Of a stretch of DNA of 58,041 bases, positions 48,184-57,118 are shown piece by piece; position 1 is the stretch's first letter, and each line of letters starts with the position of its first letter. Below the pieces are notes generated by a model. It made no database searches. It was not told where the DNA came from and worked only from the letters and a program-made list of their open reading frames with translations. A program made the translations under genes and the position numbers. The DNA is from Minisyncoccia bacterium (lineage in GTDB: Bacteria; Patescibacteriota; Minisyncoccia; Phycocordibacterales; GWA1-40-21), in contig JBIIYK010000001.1 of NCBI GenBank assembly GCA_044346845.1, positions 1-58,041 of the forward strand, in the 5' to 3' direction.

Positions 48184-48192
48184 TGCTATACT
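48184..48192 (+). promoter_or_regulatory. extended -10 box TGCTATACT for dnaX
   Basis: It ends 6 nt before the ATG at 48199. TTGCAA lies 16 nt upstream. Confidence 0.5.
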
Positions 48193-48198
48193 ATCCCC

Positions 48199-49227
48199 AT
48201 GTCACTTACTGCTTTATATCGTAAATATCGCCCACAAACTTTTAAGGAGGTTTTAGGTCAGGATCATATTGTAAAAGTTTTAGAATCATCCATAGAGCTT
48301 GACCGCCTTTCCCATGCTTATATTTTTTCTGGTTCTCGTGGAACAGGTAAGACTTCCGTCGCCCGTATTTTTGCTAAAGAAATAGGCACTACCGCAAATG
48401 ATATTACAGAGATTGATGCTGCTTCTAATAACGGCGTAGATGAAATCCGCGCTTTGAATGAAAGTGTGAATACAATTCCTTTTGAATCCAAATACAAAGT
48501 TTATATTTTAGATGAAGCCCATATGCTTTCTAAAAGTGCCTGGAATGCTTTACTTAAAACCTTAGAAGAACCACCAAAGCATGTGATTTTTATTTTAGCC
48601 ACTACAGAATTTGATAAGATTCCAGAGACAGTCATTTCTCGTTGCCAAACTTTTTCTTTTAAAAAACCTACCCAGAAAATTTTAAAGGATGTAATAACTG
48701 TTATTGCTAAAAAAGAAGGTTTTAGTTTGGAGCCAGCTTCAGCAGATCTTATTGCGCTTCTTGGTGACGGCTCTTTCCGTGATGCCCAAAGTATTTTTCA
48801 GAAAGTTATAGGCGCCTCAAAAGATAAAAAGATTTCTCTAGCTGAAGTGGTTTTGGTCACTGGAGCACCAAGAGGGGAAATGATAAACGATTTTATCCGA
48901 GCGATAGATGAAAATAATTTAGAACTTGGTCTTACTTCCATTTCTCAGGCTACGGAGTCAAACATTGACCTACTTCTATACTACAAACTTGTTTTACATA
49001 AAATGCGGGCTATTTTATTACTTCGCAATTTACCTTCTTCTGCTCTGAAGCTACAGGAAGAGATGACTGATACGGATTATCAATTCTTAAAAGCTTTATC
49101 TGATAAAAAGGGTGGTAAAATAAATTCTGAAACCTTGTTGGTATTGTTAAATCATTATGATTTGGTCTCTAAAGCCTATTTGCCAGAGATGGTTTTGGAA
49201 ATAATTTTAGGTAAGCTAATTTCCTAA
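48199..49227 (+). CDS. dnaX: DNA polymerase III subunit gamma/tau (short form)
   Basis: Walker A GSRGTGKTS, DEAH-like ILDEAHML, and sensor SRCQ. Start placed at MSLTALYRKYRP, after the -10 box. The track ORF begins at 48178. Confidence 0.9.
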   Translation: MSLTALYRKYRPQTFKEVLGQDHIVKVLESSIELDRLSHAYIFSGSRGTGKTSVARIFAKEIGTTANDITEIDAASNNGVDEIRALNESVNTIPFESKYKVYILDEAHMLSKSAWNALLKTLEEPPKHVIFILATTEFDKIPETVISRCQTFSFKKPTQKILKDVITVIAKKEGFSLEPASADLIALLGDGSFRDAQSIFQKVIGASKDKKISLAEVVLVTGAPRGEMINDFIRAIDENNLELGLTSISQATESNIDLLLYYKLVLHKMRAILLLRNLPSSALKLQEEMTDTDYQFLKALSDKKGGKINSETLLVLLNHYDLVSKAYLPEMVLEIILGKLIS

Positions 49228-49285
49228 GGCTTGAAAAAGTCTTGTTTTTAAAGTATTCTACTGTTGTAGCTTTCGTACATAGAGC

Positions 49286-49356
49286 TGGGGGATCGTCTAA
49301 TGGTCGGACACGCCCCTTTGAAGGGTGGAATTTTGGTTCGATTCCAAGTCCCCCAG
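49286..49356 (+). tRNA. tRNA-Gln (TTG), CCA end not encoded
   Basis: TGGGGGA-TC-GTCT-AATGGTC-GGAC-A-CGCCC-CTTTGAA-GGGTG-GAAT-TTTGG-TTCGATT-CCAAG-TCCCCCA-G. Confidence 0.85.
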
Positions 49357-49381
49357 CTGTGTGTAGGAGAGCTTAGATATT

Positions 49382-49909
49382 ATGCTAACAATAATTTTTG
49401 AGGCACATGGAACGACATTTGATAACGAGGCTCATCTATCCTCCGGGTGGAATGACGTGGCACTTTCACCTTTGGGTGAAAAGCAATCCGTAGAAATGGG
49501 TGAGAGATACAAAGATGATTACTTTGATGCTATTTTTGTATCAGATTTACAACGGGCGGTAAAAAGTGCAGAAATTGGCTTTGGTAATAAATGGCCGATC
49601 ATAAAAGATGAAAGGCTACGAGAATGTAACTATGGTGACTTTACTCAGAAACCAAGTGAGCAGGTAGATGTTCAGAAACCACTTAGAATTAACGAACCGT
49701 TTCCGAACGGTGAAAGTTATATGCAGACCACTGAGAGAATGAAATCTTTTTTAGATGATTTGAAGAAAAATTATGATGGTAAGAGGGTGATGATAATTGG
49801 TCATCGGGCCACTCAGTATGGCTTGGATAACTTGATAAAAGGTGTATCTCTTGAAACACTCACTACCTCACATTTCAAATGGCAGCCGGGGTGGAAGTAT
49901 GAATTTTGA
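49382..49909 (+). CDS. histidine phosphatase family protein (phosphoglycerate mutase-like)
   Basis: 175 aa. N-terminal FEAHGTT sits in place of the RHG motif, and there is a later IGHRATQ histidine. Confidence 0.6.
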   Translation: MLTIIFEAHGTTFDNEAHLSSGWNDVALSPLGEKQSVEMGERYKDDYFDAIFVSDLQRAVKSAEIGFGNKWPIIKDERLRECNYGDFTQKPSEQVDVQKPLRINEPFPNGESYMQTTERMKSFLDDLKKNYDGKRVMIIGHRATQYGLDNLIKGVSLETLTTSHFKWQPGWKYEF

Positions 49910-49927
49910 CCAATAAACTAGATAAAA

Positions 49928-50488
49928 ATGTTTTTATCACATCAAACAATAGAAAAATACATAGATGACGGTAAGATTATTATTCAACCGGAATTTAACA
50001 AGAAAAATATTAGACCTGTGGGTTTGCGTATTCACCTAGCAAAAGATATTCTGATTCCAGAAGATGGGCAGACTGTTGAAATAGGTAGCCCAACAGAAAT
50101 TAAGTATAAAGAAGTTGATTTAACTAAAGAAGAGTTCTATTTAGAACCCGGGAATTTTATTTTAGGTGCCACTTACGAAGCAATACAAACTCCTCCCAAT
50201 GTGTTAGCTTTTTTGGACGGTAGAAGTACTATTGCTCGTCTTGGATTGACAACACATATTACTGCCTCCGTTGCTGATGGAACATTTGAAAAACCTCATG
50301 TAATAGTGTTAGAAATGAAAAATGTTGGTAATTTTAGAATTAAACTAAAATTTAAAGATCCAATAGCGATGGTGATATTTGCCGAACTTACAGAACCAGT
50401 AGTTCAGAAGATTCAAAGTCAATATGGTGCAGGGCAAAATAAGGTAACACCACCAAATCTTAATTTTAAAACAGGATTAGATCAGTAA
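49928..50488 (+). CDS. dcd: dCTP deaminase
   Basis: 186 aa, a housekeeping-sized single-domain protein. Motifs GRSTIARLGL and VLEMKN. Confidence 0.8.
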   Translation: MFLSHQTIEKYIDDGKIIIQPEFNKKNIRPVGLRIHLAKDILIPEDGQTVEIGSPTEIKYKEVDLTKEEFYLEPGNFILGATYEAIQTPPNVLAFLDGRSTIARLGLTTHITASVADGTFEKPHVIVLEMKNVGNFRIKLKFKDPIAMVIFAELTEPVVQKIQSQYGAGQNKVTPPNLNFKTGLDQ

Positions 50489-50553
50489 GGGTGGTTTCAA
50501 CTTTATACCACACAGCCATCTGAATTTTTATGATGAAGTGATATAATACTGCT

Positions 50554-50799
50554 ATGTATTTTACTTACGTATTGGAATGCGCTGATAAATCTCTATATGT
50601 CGGCTGTACAAATAATCTGGAAAAGAGATTAGAGCAACATAATAATTCAAAATGTGGTGCACATTACACCAAGATCCGTCGACCGGTGAGTTTGAAATAT
50701 TCTGAAATATATCCTACACTTAACGAGGCAAGGAAAAGAGAGTGCGAGATAAAGAGGTGGAAGAGAGAAAGGAAACTAGATTTGATAAGTAAAAAATAA
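50554..50799 (+). CDS. GIY-YIG nuclease family protein (UPF0213-like)
   Basis: 81 aa. YFTYVLEC...LYVGCTNNLEKRLEQHN. Confidence 0.8.
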   Translation: MYFTYVLECADKSLYVGCTNNLEKRLEQHNNSKCGAHYTKIRRPVSLKYSEIYPTLNEARKRECEIKRWKRERKLDLISKK

Positions 50800-50809
50800 T
50801 TTTAAGCTT

Positions 50810-51394
50810 ATGGCGCAGGAAATTGAAGCAAAAATATTAAATGTAGATGTTCAGAAACTAGAGGAAAAACTCTTGTCTTTTGGCGCAGAAAGAAAGAGTG
50901 AGAAATTATTCAGAGCAATGGCTTTTGATTACCCGGGATATCCAATGGATAAAGAGGCGGCTTGGGTACGTCTCAGAGATGAAGGTGACAAGATAACCAT
51001 GGCTTACAAAAAGAGGCTAGGTGTAAAAGATATAAATAAAGGTACAAATGATTCTGGTATGGAGGAAATTGAAGTGTCGGTAAGTGATTATGATTTAGCT
51101 AAAGAATTTTTGCTAAAATTAGGAATGGTTGTAAAATTTTATCAAGAGAAAAAGAGGATTACCTGGCAGAAAGGTCCGGTTACCTATGATATTGATACTT
51201 GGCCTCAATTGGAGCCATATTTAGAAGTTGAGGGTGAAACTTGGGAAATTGTTGATTCGGCTATTCTTGAATTAGGTTATGATTTAAAGGATAAAATCAT
51301 TTGTTCAGCTACACAGATATATGAAATGAATGGTATCAGAGATAAGGATTATATTAAGATGACCTTTGCTGAATTTGTTAAGAGGGAGTTATAA
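50810..51394 (+). CDS. CYTH-domain protein (triphosphate tunnel metalloenzyme / class IV adenylate cyclase-like)
   Basis: 194 aa. N-terminal EIEAKI motif (ExExK) and alternating charged beta-strands. Confidence 0.7.
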   Translation: MAQEIEAKILNVDVQKLEEKLLSFGAERKSEKLFRAMAFDYPGYPMDKEAAWVRLRDEGDKITMAYKKRLGVKDINKGTNDSGMEEIEVSVSDYDLAKEFLLKLGMVVKFYQEKKRITWQKGPVTYDIDTWPQLEPYLEVEGETWEIVDSAILELGYDLKDKIICSATQIYEMNGIRDKDYIKMTFAEFVKREL

Positions 51395-52450
51395 AACTTT
51401 AGTCACTTTGTAGTTATCAAATTGGACATCAATAAAGTCTGTACGAATACCTGCGTATCCTTCATCAAGAATCGCCTTTCCTCCATGGCTTTCGCCATCA
51501 TCCTTTCCTTGAGCGGCTAAAATCCAGTTACCCGTTCCATCTTTATCGATATAAAGTTTTATGGTTACGGTATTGTCTGAATTGGTGTTTATTTCACTCC
51601 TAAGTCCAAACCACTTTTGTTCCGGAATCAAATTTGGATTTGTCTCTCTGCTGTATGTTTCATTCTTGTAAAATTGTTTAAGGGCCAGGTCATAATAAAC
51701 ACCTTTATATTTCTTTTTAATAACAGCGGCTCCATCAACACGAATTCCGCTGTAATATAAGTTATTTTCATCTTGAAAACGATTGAAAAAGAAAACACCA
51801 TTAGAAGAATTACGATTCCAGCTTTTACTCAAATTACTATTTATAATTTTAAAACTTAATTCTTGTTGAAAATTCAACCATTTATGTCTCAATAAGACCA
51901 GACGAAAAATGTTTTGCGGATAATATCCATCATCAGTATCTTCTGGATTTGAAGTTGAATATGTTTTACGCCAAAGGTTTTTTGCATCAAGTGGTCCTAA
52001 TATTGTACTGCTAATACCATCAGTACTATAGAAATACGCCCCAGAACCTAACCACCAGCCAGGGCTGGTACTGTCTACCATGCTTTCTGATTCAACTACA
52101 GAATAATTGGTTGAAAAATTTTCAAGAAAAACAGTATCATCATTTGTAGGCACTTTTGTTTTAGGTTTTTCTTCAGGGGTAGGGATTGGGGTGATTTTAG
52201 GAAGTACCACCTGAGGAACGGGTTTTACTGGTATGATAGGGGACGATGTTGCCGTGAGTTTAGGTGGCGTCATTTCTCTGGCGGTGTTTTTGCTAGGGTT
52301 GATATTTTCTTGGTAAACCAATAGCTCCGTTTTATGTATTTTAAAATACAACATAAAAATTGCCACAAGCATCATCATTGCCATAAATATAATAATTTTC
52401 TTTGTATTCTGAATGTTCTGCATGTTTTTTATTTTTAGGTTTGACATCAT
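51389..52450 (-). CDS. hypothetical signal-anchored protein with Pro-rich linker
   Basis: 353 aa. TM segment IIIFMAMMMLVAIFMLYF, then a P/T/K-rich spacer, then a beta-rich C-terminal domain. Confidence 0.55.
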   Translation of the reverse strand: MMSNLKIKNMQNIQNTKKIIIFMAMMMLVAIFMLYFKIHKTELLVYQENINPSKNTAREMTPPKLTATSSPIIPVKPVPQVVLPKITPIPTPEEKPKTKVPTNDDTVFLENFSTNYSVVESESMVDSTSPGWWLGSGAYFYSTDGISSTILGPLDAKNLWRKTYSTSNPEDTDDGYYPQNIFRLVLLRHKWLNFQQELSFKIINSNLSKSWNRNSSNGVFFFNRFQDENNLYYSGIRVDGAAVIKKKYKGVYYDLALKQFYKNETYSRETNPNLIPEQKWFGLRSEINTNSDNTVTIKLYIDKDGTGNWILAAQGKDDGESHGGKAILDEGYAGIRTDFIDVQFDNYKVTKVL

Positions 52451-52577
52451 AATGATACTGCTGTTTAAATTTTAAAACAATATAGAATTAATACTCTTCT
52501 TCATCTTATTTTAATAAGTAAATATTAATATTATATTGTTGGATATCAAGCTATAATTAATATATAATAGTATTATC

Positions 52578-53204
52578 ATGAAATTATTTTTAGCATCATC
52601 TTTTGATCAGAGCGTATCATTATTTCAGAAAATCTTTGGTTCCAAGAAGGGCCGAAAGGTTATTTTTATTGCCAATGCGGCTGATAATCATAAAGGTGAT
52701 AAATGGTGGGTGAAAAGTGACCGGGACGCTTTTCTAAAACTAGGTTGTAAAGTCACAGATGTTGATTTGAGAAGTATAACTAAAAAAGATCTAGCTAAAC
52801 TTTTAAAGGAGTCAGACATCATTCACTTTTGTGGCGGAAGTGTTATCTATTTGATTTGTATTATAAAGGAACGCGGTTTTGTTAAATTAATAAATGAGGC
52901 CGTGAGAAAGGGTGGGGTGATTTATACTGGTACTAGTGCGGGATCAATGATTGTTGCTGAAGACTTGACCATTAATGCTTATGATCCGGAAGAAAAAGAA
53001 TTTGTGGCTAGGATGAAAGATAATTCTGGTTTAGGTCTGGTTAATTTTCTAATTATTCCTCATACTAATAGTAAGGACTTTGCCAAAGGAAATGCCAAGA
53101 TGGTATCAGAACTGCCAGAAATCAAATCCAGTCAGCCGTTAATCTTTATTTATGATGGCCAGGCGGTGTTGGTAGATGATGGAAAAATTAAATTAATTAA
53201 ATAG
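52578..53204 (+). CDS. peptidase S51 (dipeptidase E-like) family protein
   Basis: 208 aa. Nucleophile motif GTSAGSMI. Confidence 0.7.
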   Translation: MKLFLASSFDQSVSLFQKIFGSKKGRKVIFIANAADNHKGDKWWVKSDRDAFLKLGCKVTDVDLRSITKKDLAKLLKESDIIHFCGGSVIYLICIIKERGFVKLINEAVRKGGVIYTGTSAGSMIVAEDLTINAYDPEEKEFVARMKDNSGLGLVNFLIIPHTNSKDFAKGNAKMVSELPEIKSSQPLIFIYDGQAVLVDDGKIKLIK

Positions 53205-53388
53205 AATTTTAATAATCTGGATTGGGTTATATTTGACATAATACTCTCATGTGATATAATCTAAAAAGAGTTTTAAACGAACCAAAGGTTCAAAATAAGT
53301 CACAAAGCCAATAGATTTGAGAGGAGATAGGAATGCAAGCGTACAAACCGGTTGTGTGAATCTTTGTATATAGTATAATACATACATT

Positions 53389-54003
53389 ATGTTTAAGAAA
53401 ATAAAATCTCCAGGCTTCACTTTAATAGAACTTTTGGTAGTTATAGCTATCATTGCTTTATTGGCTGGTATTGTTTTGTCCGCCTTAAATTCTGCCAGAG
53501 AAAAAGGAAAGATCACCGCTAGAACTAGAACTGTGGCTGAATTCAAAAATGCTCTAGCAATGTATTATTCTGACTTTGGTTATTATCCTAAGGCAAGTAA
53601 TTTGACGGCGGGTCTAATTAATGGATCAAAAAAATATATTTCTACTATTCCCAAAGAACTTGCTGCAAATGAAATTACTTATGTGGCCATAAAAGCTGAT
53701 GGTGTCACAGTTTGTAATGATAGTGATGTAAATTGTACTTTTTTTCAAATCTGGTTAAAGGAAGAAGCGAGTACTTACACCTGGGCTAATGCTATTAGTA
53801 CTTGCCAAAAACAAGGAGCAAAATTACCAAGTATTACTGAGCTGCTGTTGGCTAGGGAGGCCATTCATTTTACCTATCCTGCCTATTGGTCTTTGACTGA
53901 TACTGAGGGTAATTCTGCTAATGCTCAAATATATGTGGCGGCATCTGGTTTACAATATTCCAACCCTAAGAGCGGCCAAGTTAATGTTTATTGTATCTTC
54001 TAG
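53389..54003 (+). CDS. type IV pilin-like protein with C-terminal DUF1566/Lcl-like domain
   Basis: Prepilin leader MFKKIKSPG/FTLIELLVVIAIIALLAGIVL. The C-terminal WANAISTCQKQGAKLPSITELL resembles DUF1566. Confidence 0.75.
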   Translation: MFKKIKSPGFTLIELLVVIAIIALLAGIVLSALNSAREKGKITARTRTVAEFKNALAMYYSDFGYYPKASNLTAGLINGSKKYISTIPKELAANEITYVAIKADGVTVCNDSDVNCTFFQIWLKEEASTYTWANAISTCQKQGAKLPSITELLLAREAIHFTYPAYWSLTDTEGNSANAQIYVAASGLQYSNPKSGQVNVYCIF

Positions 54004-54077
54004 ATTTTTTAGTTAATTCCATGAAGAAACTTTAGGTAAACTAACAAAATATCCAGTAATCTGCTATGATATGAAAT

Positions 54078-54473
54078 ATGGAAGAGAAAAACCTATCTAA
54101 AGAAAAAAGATTTTCTCTGGTTAAGAGAGCCGAGAGTTTTACTCATGCCGGACGGGGTCTCTGGGTTTTCTTTAAATATACGCATAATGCGTGGATTCAC
54201 CTTATTGTTTTTGTTTGTGTCTTTGTGTTAGGAATTTATTTTAATATAACTAAAGTGGAGTGGATGATGATAGTTTTTGCAACTGGCTTTGTTTTTGTCT
54301 CAGAGGCCTTTAATACTGCCATTGAGATTGATATTGATCTAACCTCTCCTAATTATCATCCTTATGCCAGAGACACAAAAGATGTGGCCGCTGGCGCGGT
54401 TCTGATTTCCGCCATAACAGCGGTGATTATTGGCTTGATTATATTTTTACCTTATTTGATTATAATTATATGA
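54078..54473 (+). CDS. dgkA: diacylglycerol/undecaprenol kinase family protein
   Basis: 131 aa, three TM segments, and the motif SEAFNTAIE. Confidence 0.75.
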   Translation: MEEKNLSKEKRFSLVKRAESFTHAGRGLWVFFKYTHNAWIHLIVFVCVFVLGIYFNITKVEWMMIVFATGFVFVSEAFNTAIEIDIDLTSPNYHPYARDTKDVAAGAVLISAITAVIIGLIIFLPYLIIII

Positions 54474-55042
54474 AAATAAAAAGCGCTGAATTTATGCGGG
54501 GCATAACTGGTACCAATCCAATCTTGTATGACGGTCTGCCTCAGGTGGCTTTTGTTGGTCGCTCCAATGTTGGTAAATCAAGTGTTATTAATTTTTTAGT
54601 AAATAGAAAGGAGTTAGTTAAAGTCGGTAAAAAACCCGGTAAAACTACCGAGCTAAATTTTTTCTTAATAAATAATAATTTATATTTTGTAGATTTACCT
54701 GGTTATGGTTTTGCCAAGGCCGATATTGTGAAGCAAGAAAAGATTAGAAAATTAATTCTCTGGTATTTGATGTACTCAGAAGTTAAACCGCACTTAGTTG
54801 TTATGATTTTAGATATCAAGGCAGGCTTTACAGAGTATGATAAGGACATTATTTCCGTTCTTCGGGATCAGGGTCATCCGTATGTGATTGTGGCTAATAA
54901 AATTGATAAACTAAATCAAAAAGATTTAAATATTGCTTTGGCGGAAATAAAAAAAGTATCCAGCGAAGCAGAAATAATCCCTTTTTCCACTGTTGGGGAT
55001 AAAAGGAGTGGTGATTTGTTGGGTAGAATATTAAGTATGTAA
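54470..55042 (+). CDS. engB: ribosome biogenesis GTPase EngB/YsxC/YihA
   Basis: 190 aa. G1 GRSNVGKSS, DLPGYG and NKIDK. Its start overlaps the dgkA stop. Confidence 0.85.
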   Translation: MKIKSAEFMRGITGTNPILYDGLPQVAFVGRSNVGKSSVINFLVNRKELVKVGKKPGKTTELNFFLINNNLYFVDLPGYGFAKADIVKQEKIRKLILWYLMYSEVKPHLVVMILDIKAGFTEYDKDIISVLRDQGHPYVIVANKIDKLNQKDLNIALAEIKKVSSEAEIIPFSTVGDKRSGDLLGRILSM

Positions 55043-55052
55043 CTTTAATAAT

Positions 55053-55088
55053 AAAAAAAGCCCGTCCTTGTGGGGACGGGCTTTTTTT
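55053..55088. terminator. bidirectional intrinsic terminator
   Basis: AGCCCGTCC/GGACGGGCT stem flanked by an A-run and a T-run. Confidence 0.85.
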
Positions 55089-55096
55089 ATTTAAGC

Positions 55097-55159
55097 TTAT
55101 TTCTTAGCCTTCTTGGGTTTTTTTGCTTCTTTCTTGTGAGAGTTATTTCCTTTAGCCAT
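55097..55159 (-). CDS. possible 20-aa lysine-rich micro-protein (MAKGNNSHKKEAKKPKKAKK)
   Basis: My own translation. It ends just before the bidirectional terminator. No other support. Confidence 0.2.
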   Translation of the reverse strand: MAKGNNSHKKEAKKPKKAKK

Positions 55160-55243
55160 AATTATATTTATTTTTATTAATAAGTAATATTTCGACCATT
55201 TTTATTTCAACATTGTATCATATTGTATATAAAAGAGTAGAAG

Positions 55244-55252
55244 TGGTATAAT
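55244..55252 (+). promoter_or_regulatory. extended -10 box TGGTATAAT for the M14 pair
   Basis: It ends 7 nt before the ATG at 55260. Confidence 0.5.
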
Positions 55253-55259
55253 AGGTATT

Positions 55260-56168
55260 ATGAAAAAAGTAATAATTGCAATCATAGTTATTGCACTCGT
55301 GGGTGTTGGTTTGTATTTTTTATTAAGCAGTACGTCTAATAAAGAGGTAATTTTTAATAATCAGAATATTTCTACCAGTACAGTTCAGGTAGGGGAAAAT
55401 GCTACCACTACTAAGCCGGAGAATAAATCTGAGACAGTTATTGGTAAGTCTGTTAAAGGACTTGATATAACCGCCTATCATTATGGAGTTGGCGAGACAG
55501 AGATTTTGTTCATTGGCGGTATTCATGGTGGTTATGAATGGAATACAGTCCTTCTGGCTTATGAGATGATGGATTATTTAAAAGCTAATCCAAGTGCCAT
55601 ATCGGCAAATGAAAGAATAACGGTAATTCCAGTCTTAAATCCAGATGGTCTAAATAAGACTGTTGGTACCGCTGGGCGCTTTACTTTGGCCGATGTCCCA
55701 GCTTCCTCAGCTGCTACGGTAGCTGGACGTTTTAATGCTGATAATGTAGATCTTAATCGTAACTTTGATTGTAATTGGCAGACTTCTGGTACTTGGCAGA
55801 ATAAAACTGTGAGTGGTGGTAGTTCCGCTTTCTCAGAACCTGAGTCTCAAGCTTTGAAAGTTTATGTAGAGGCAAACAAACCTAGTGCCGTGGTAGCCTT
55901 TTACAGTGCTGCTGGTGGGGTCTATTCTTCTAGCTGTAATACCGGTGTTTCTGCTAAGACTAAAACTTTGACAAATACTTATGCTAAAGCTTCTGGTTAT
56001 CCGGCTTATGAAGAATTTACTTCTTATGAGACCACTGGTGATATGACAAATTGGTTAGCCAAGATAAATATTCCTACCATTAGCGTTCTTCTGACAAATC
56101 ACACTGATACAGAATGGACTAAAAACTTGGCTGGTATAAAAGCGGTTCTTAAATCTTATTCTAAATAA
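55260..56168 (+). CDS. M14 carboxypeptidase-like protein, predicted inactive paralog
   Basis: Signal anchor. It has the HxxE zinc motif (IHGGYEW) and DLNRNF. At the positions where the downstream paralog has His and Glu (FWHSQ, TVELATHE), this copy has FYSAA and SVLLTNH. Confidence 0.7.
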   Translation: MKKVIIAIIVIALVGVGLYFLLSSTSNKEVIFNNQNISTSTVQVGENATTTKPENKSETVIGKSVKGLDITAYHYGVGETEILFIGGIHGGYEWNTVLLAYEMMDYLKANPSAISANERITVIPVLNPDGLNKTVGTAGRFTLADVPASSAATVAGRFNADNVDLNRNFDCNWQTSGTWQNKTVSGGSSAFSEPESQALKVYVEANKPSAVVAFYSAAGGVYSSSCNTGVSAKTKTLTNTYAKASGYPAYEEFTSYETTGDMTNWLAKINIPTISVLLTNHTDTEWTKNLAGIKAVLKSYSK

Positions 56169-57052
56169 TGCAAACCGTTTCTCTTAAGAAAGTTATTATC
56201 ATAATTGTTATAATTATGTTGGTTTTGGTGGCCGTTGGTTATGTTATCTGGCATTATAAAGCACAGCCAGTAAGTACTTTGCCAGAGAAAAAGCTAGATG
56301 TTGTGAGGGAATTTGTTATTGGTAAATCTGTAGAAGGACGTGATATCACAGCTTACACCTTTGGCCAAGGAGAAAAACACTTAAATTTCATTGGCGGTAT
56401 TCATGGTGGTTATGAATGGAATAGTGTTTTATTGGCTTACCAATTTATTGATTATTTAACCGCTAATCCGGATTTTATTCCCAAGGATTTGACGGTCACA
56501 GTCATTCCTTCTGTTAATCCAGATGGGGTATATAAGGTAGTAGAAAAAGAAGGGAGATTTACAGTGGCAGATGTTAAAACAAATTTACCAGCTGGTACAG
56601 GACGTTTTAACACTGATAAGGTAGATCTAAATAGAAACTTTGATTGTAATTGGCAAGCTACTAGTACTTGGAGAAGCAATCTTGTTAGTGCTGGTACTAG
56701 TGCCTTTTCTGAGCCAGAAGTCATGGCGCTGAAGAATTTTATTTTGCAGGACAAACCGGTGGCCGCTATTTTCTGGCATAGTCAGTCTAACGCCGTCTAT
56801 GCCTCAGCTTGTAATAATGGTATTTTACCAGAGACACTTAATATTATGACGGTATATGCTCAGGCTTCTGGTTATCCAGCCGTCAAAACCTTTGATAGTT
56901 ATGTTATTACTGGTGATGCTGAGGGTTGGTTGGCTTCTGTTAATATTCCGGCTATTACAGTTGAATTAGCCACTCATGAGACAATCGAATGGGATCGTAA
57001 TTTGGCTGGTGTGAAAGCACTTTTTGATTATTTTAAAAAACCTCAAATATAA
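56168..57052 (+). CDS. M14 zinc carboxypeptidase-like protein (gamma-D-glutamyl-DAP peptidase-like), motifs intact
   Basis: IHGGYEW (HxxE), DLNRNF, FWHSQ (third zinc ligand) and ITVELATHE (catalytic Glu). Confidence 0.75.
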   Translation: MQTVSLKKVIIIIVIIMLVLVAVGYVIWHYKAQPVSTLPEKKLDVVREFVIGKSVEGRDITAYTFGQGEKHLNFIGGIHGGYEWNSVLLAYQFIDYLTANPDFIPKDLTVTVIPSVNPDGVYKVVEKEGRFTVADVKTNLPAGTGRFNTDKVDLNRNFDCNWQATSTWRSNLVSAGTSAFSEPEVMALKNFILQDKPVAAIFWHSQSNAVYASACNNGILPETLNIMTVYAQASGYPAVKTFDSYVITGDAEGWLASVNIPAITVELATHETIEWDRNLAGVKALFDYFKKPQI

Positions 57053-57118
57053 AGTTTAATGTTAATTTAATCTTTCTTAGTTTATTATCAGTAGTATATA
57101 GGCTTAATTAAAAAAAAT

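Noticed and set aside
47596-48256. Track ORFs 47596-47841(-), 47902-48105(-) and 48047-48256(+) inside the dus-dnaX gap
   Set aside because: They lie across promoter/terminator-bounded, heavily self-complementary GC-rich sequence. They have no SD or -10-proximal start, their composition is Arg/Ser/Pro-rich and junk-like, and they overlap each other. I interpret the region as ncRNA instead.
49928-51394. dCTP deaminase + GIY-YIG + CYTH as an anti-phage nucleotide-depletion or signalling system
   Set aside because: The dcd is a housekeeping-size single-domain enzyme without the extra N-terminal domain of defensive versions. The three genes have separate intergenic gaps and no island signatures. 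Adjacency alone is not evidence.
53247-53546. ORF 53247-53546(-) overlapping the pilin promoter and N-terminus
   Set aside because: It is antisense to a canonical prepilin leader and to two -10/-35 candidates. It has no motif.
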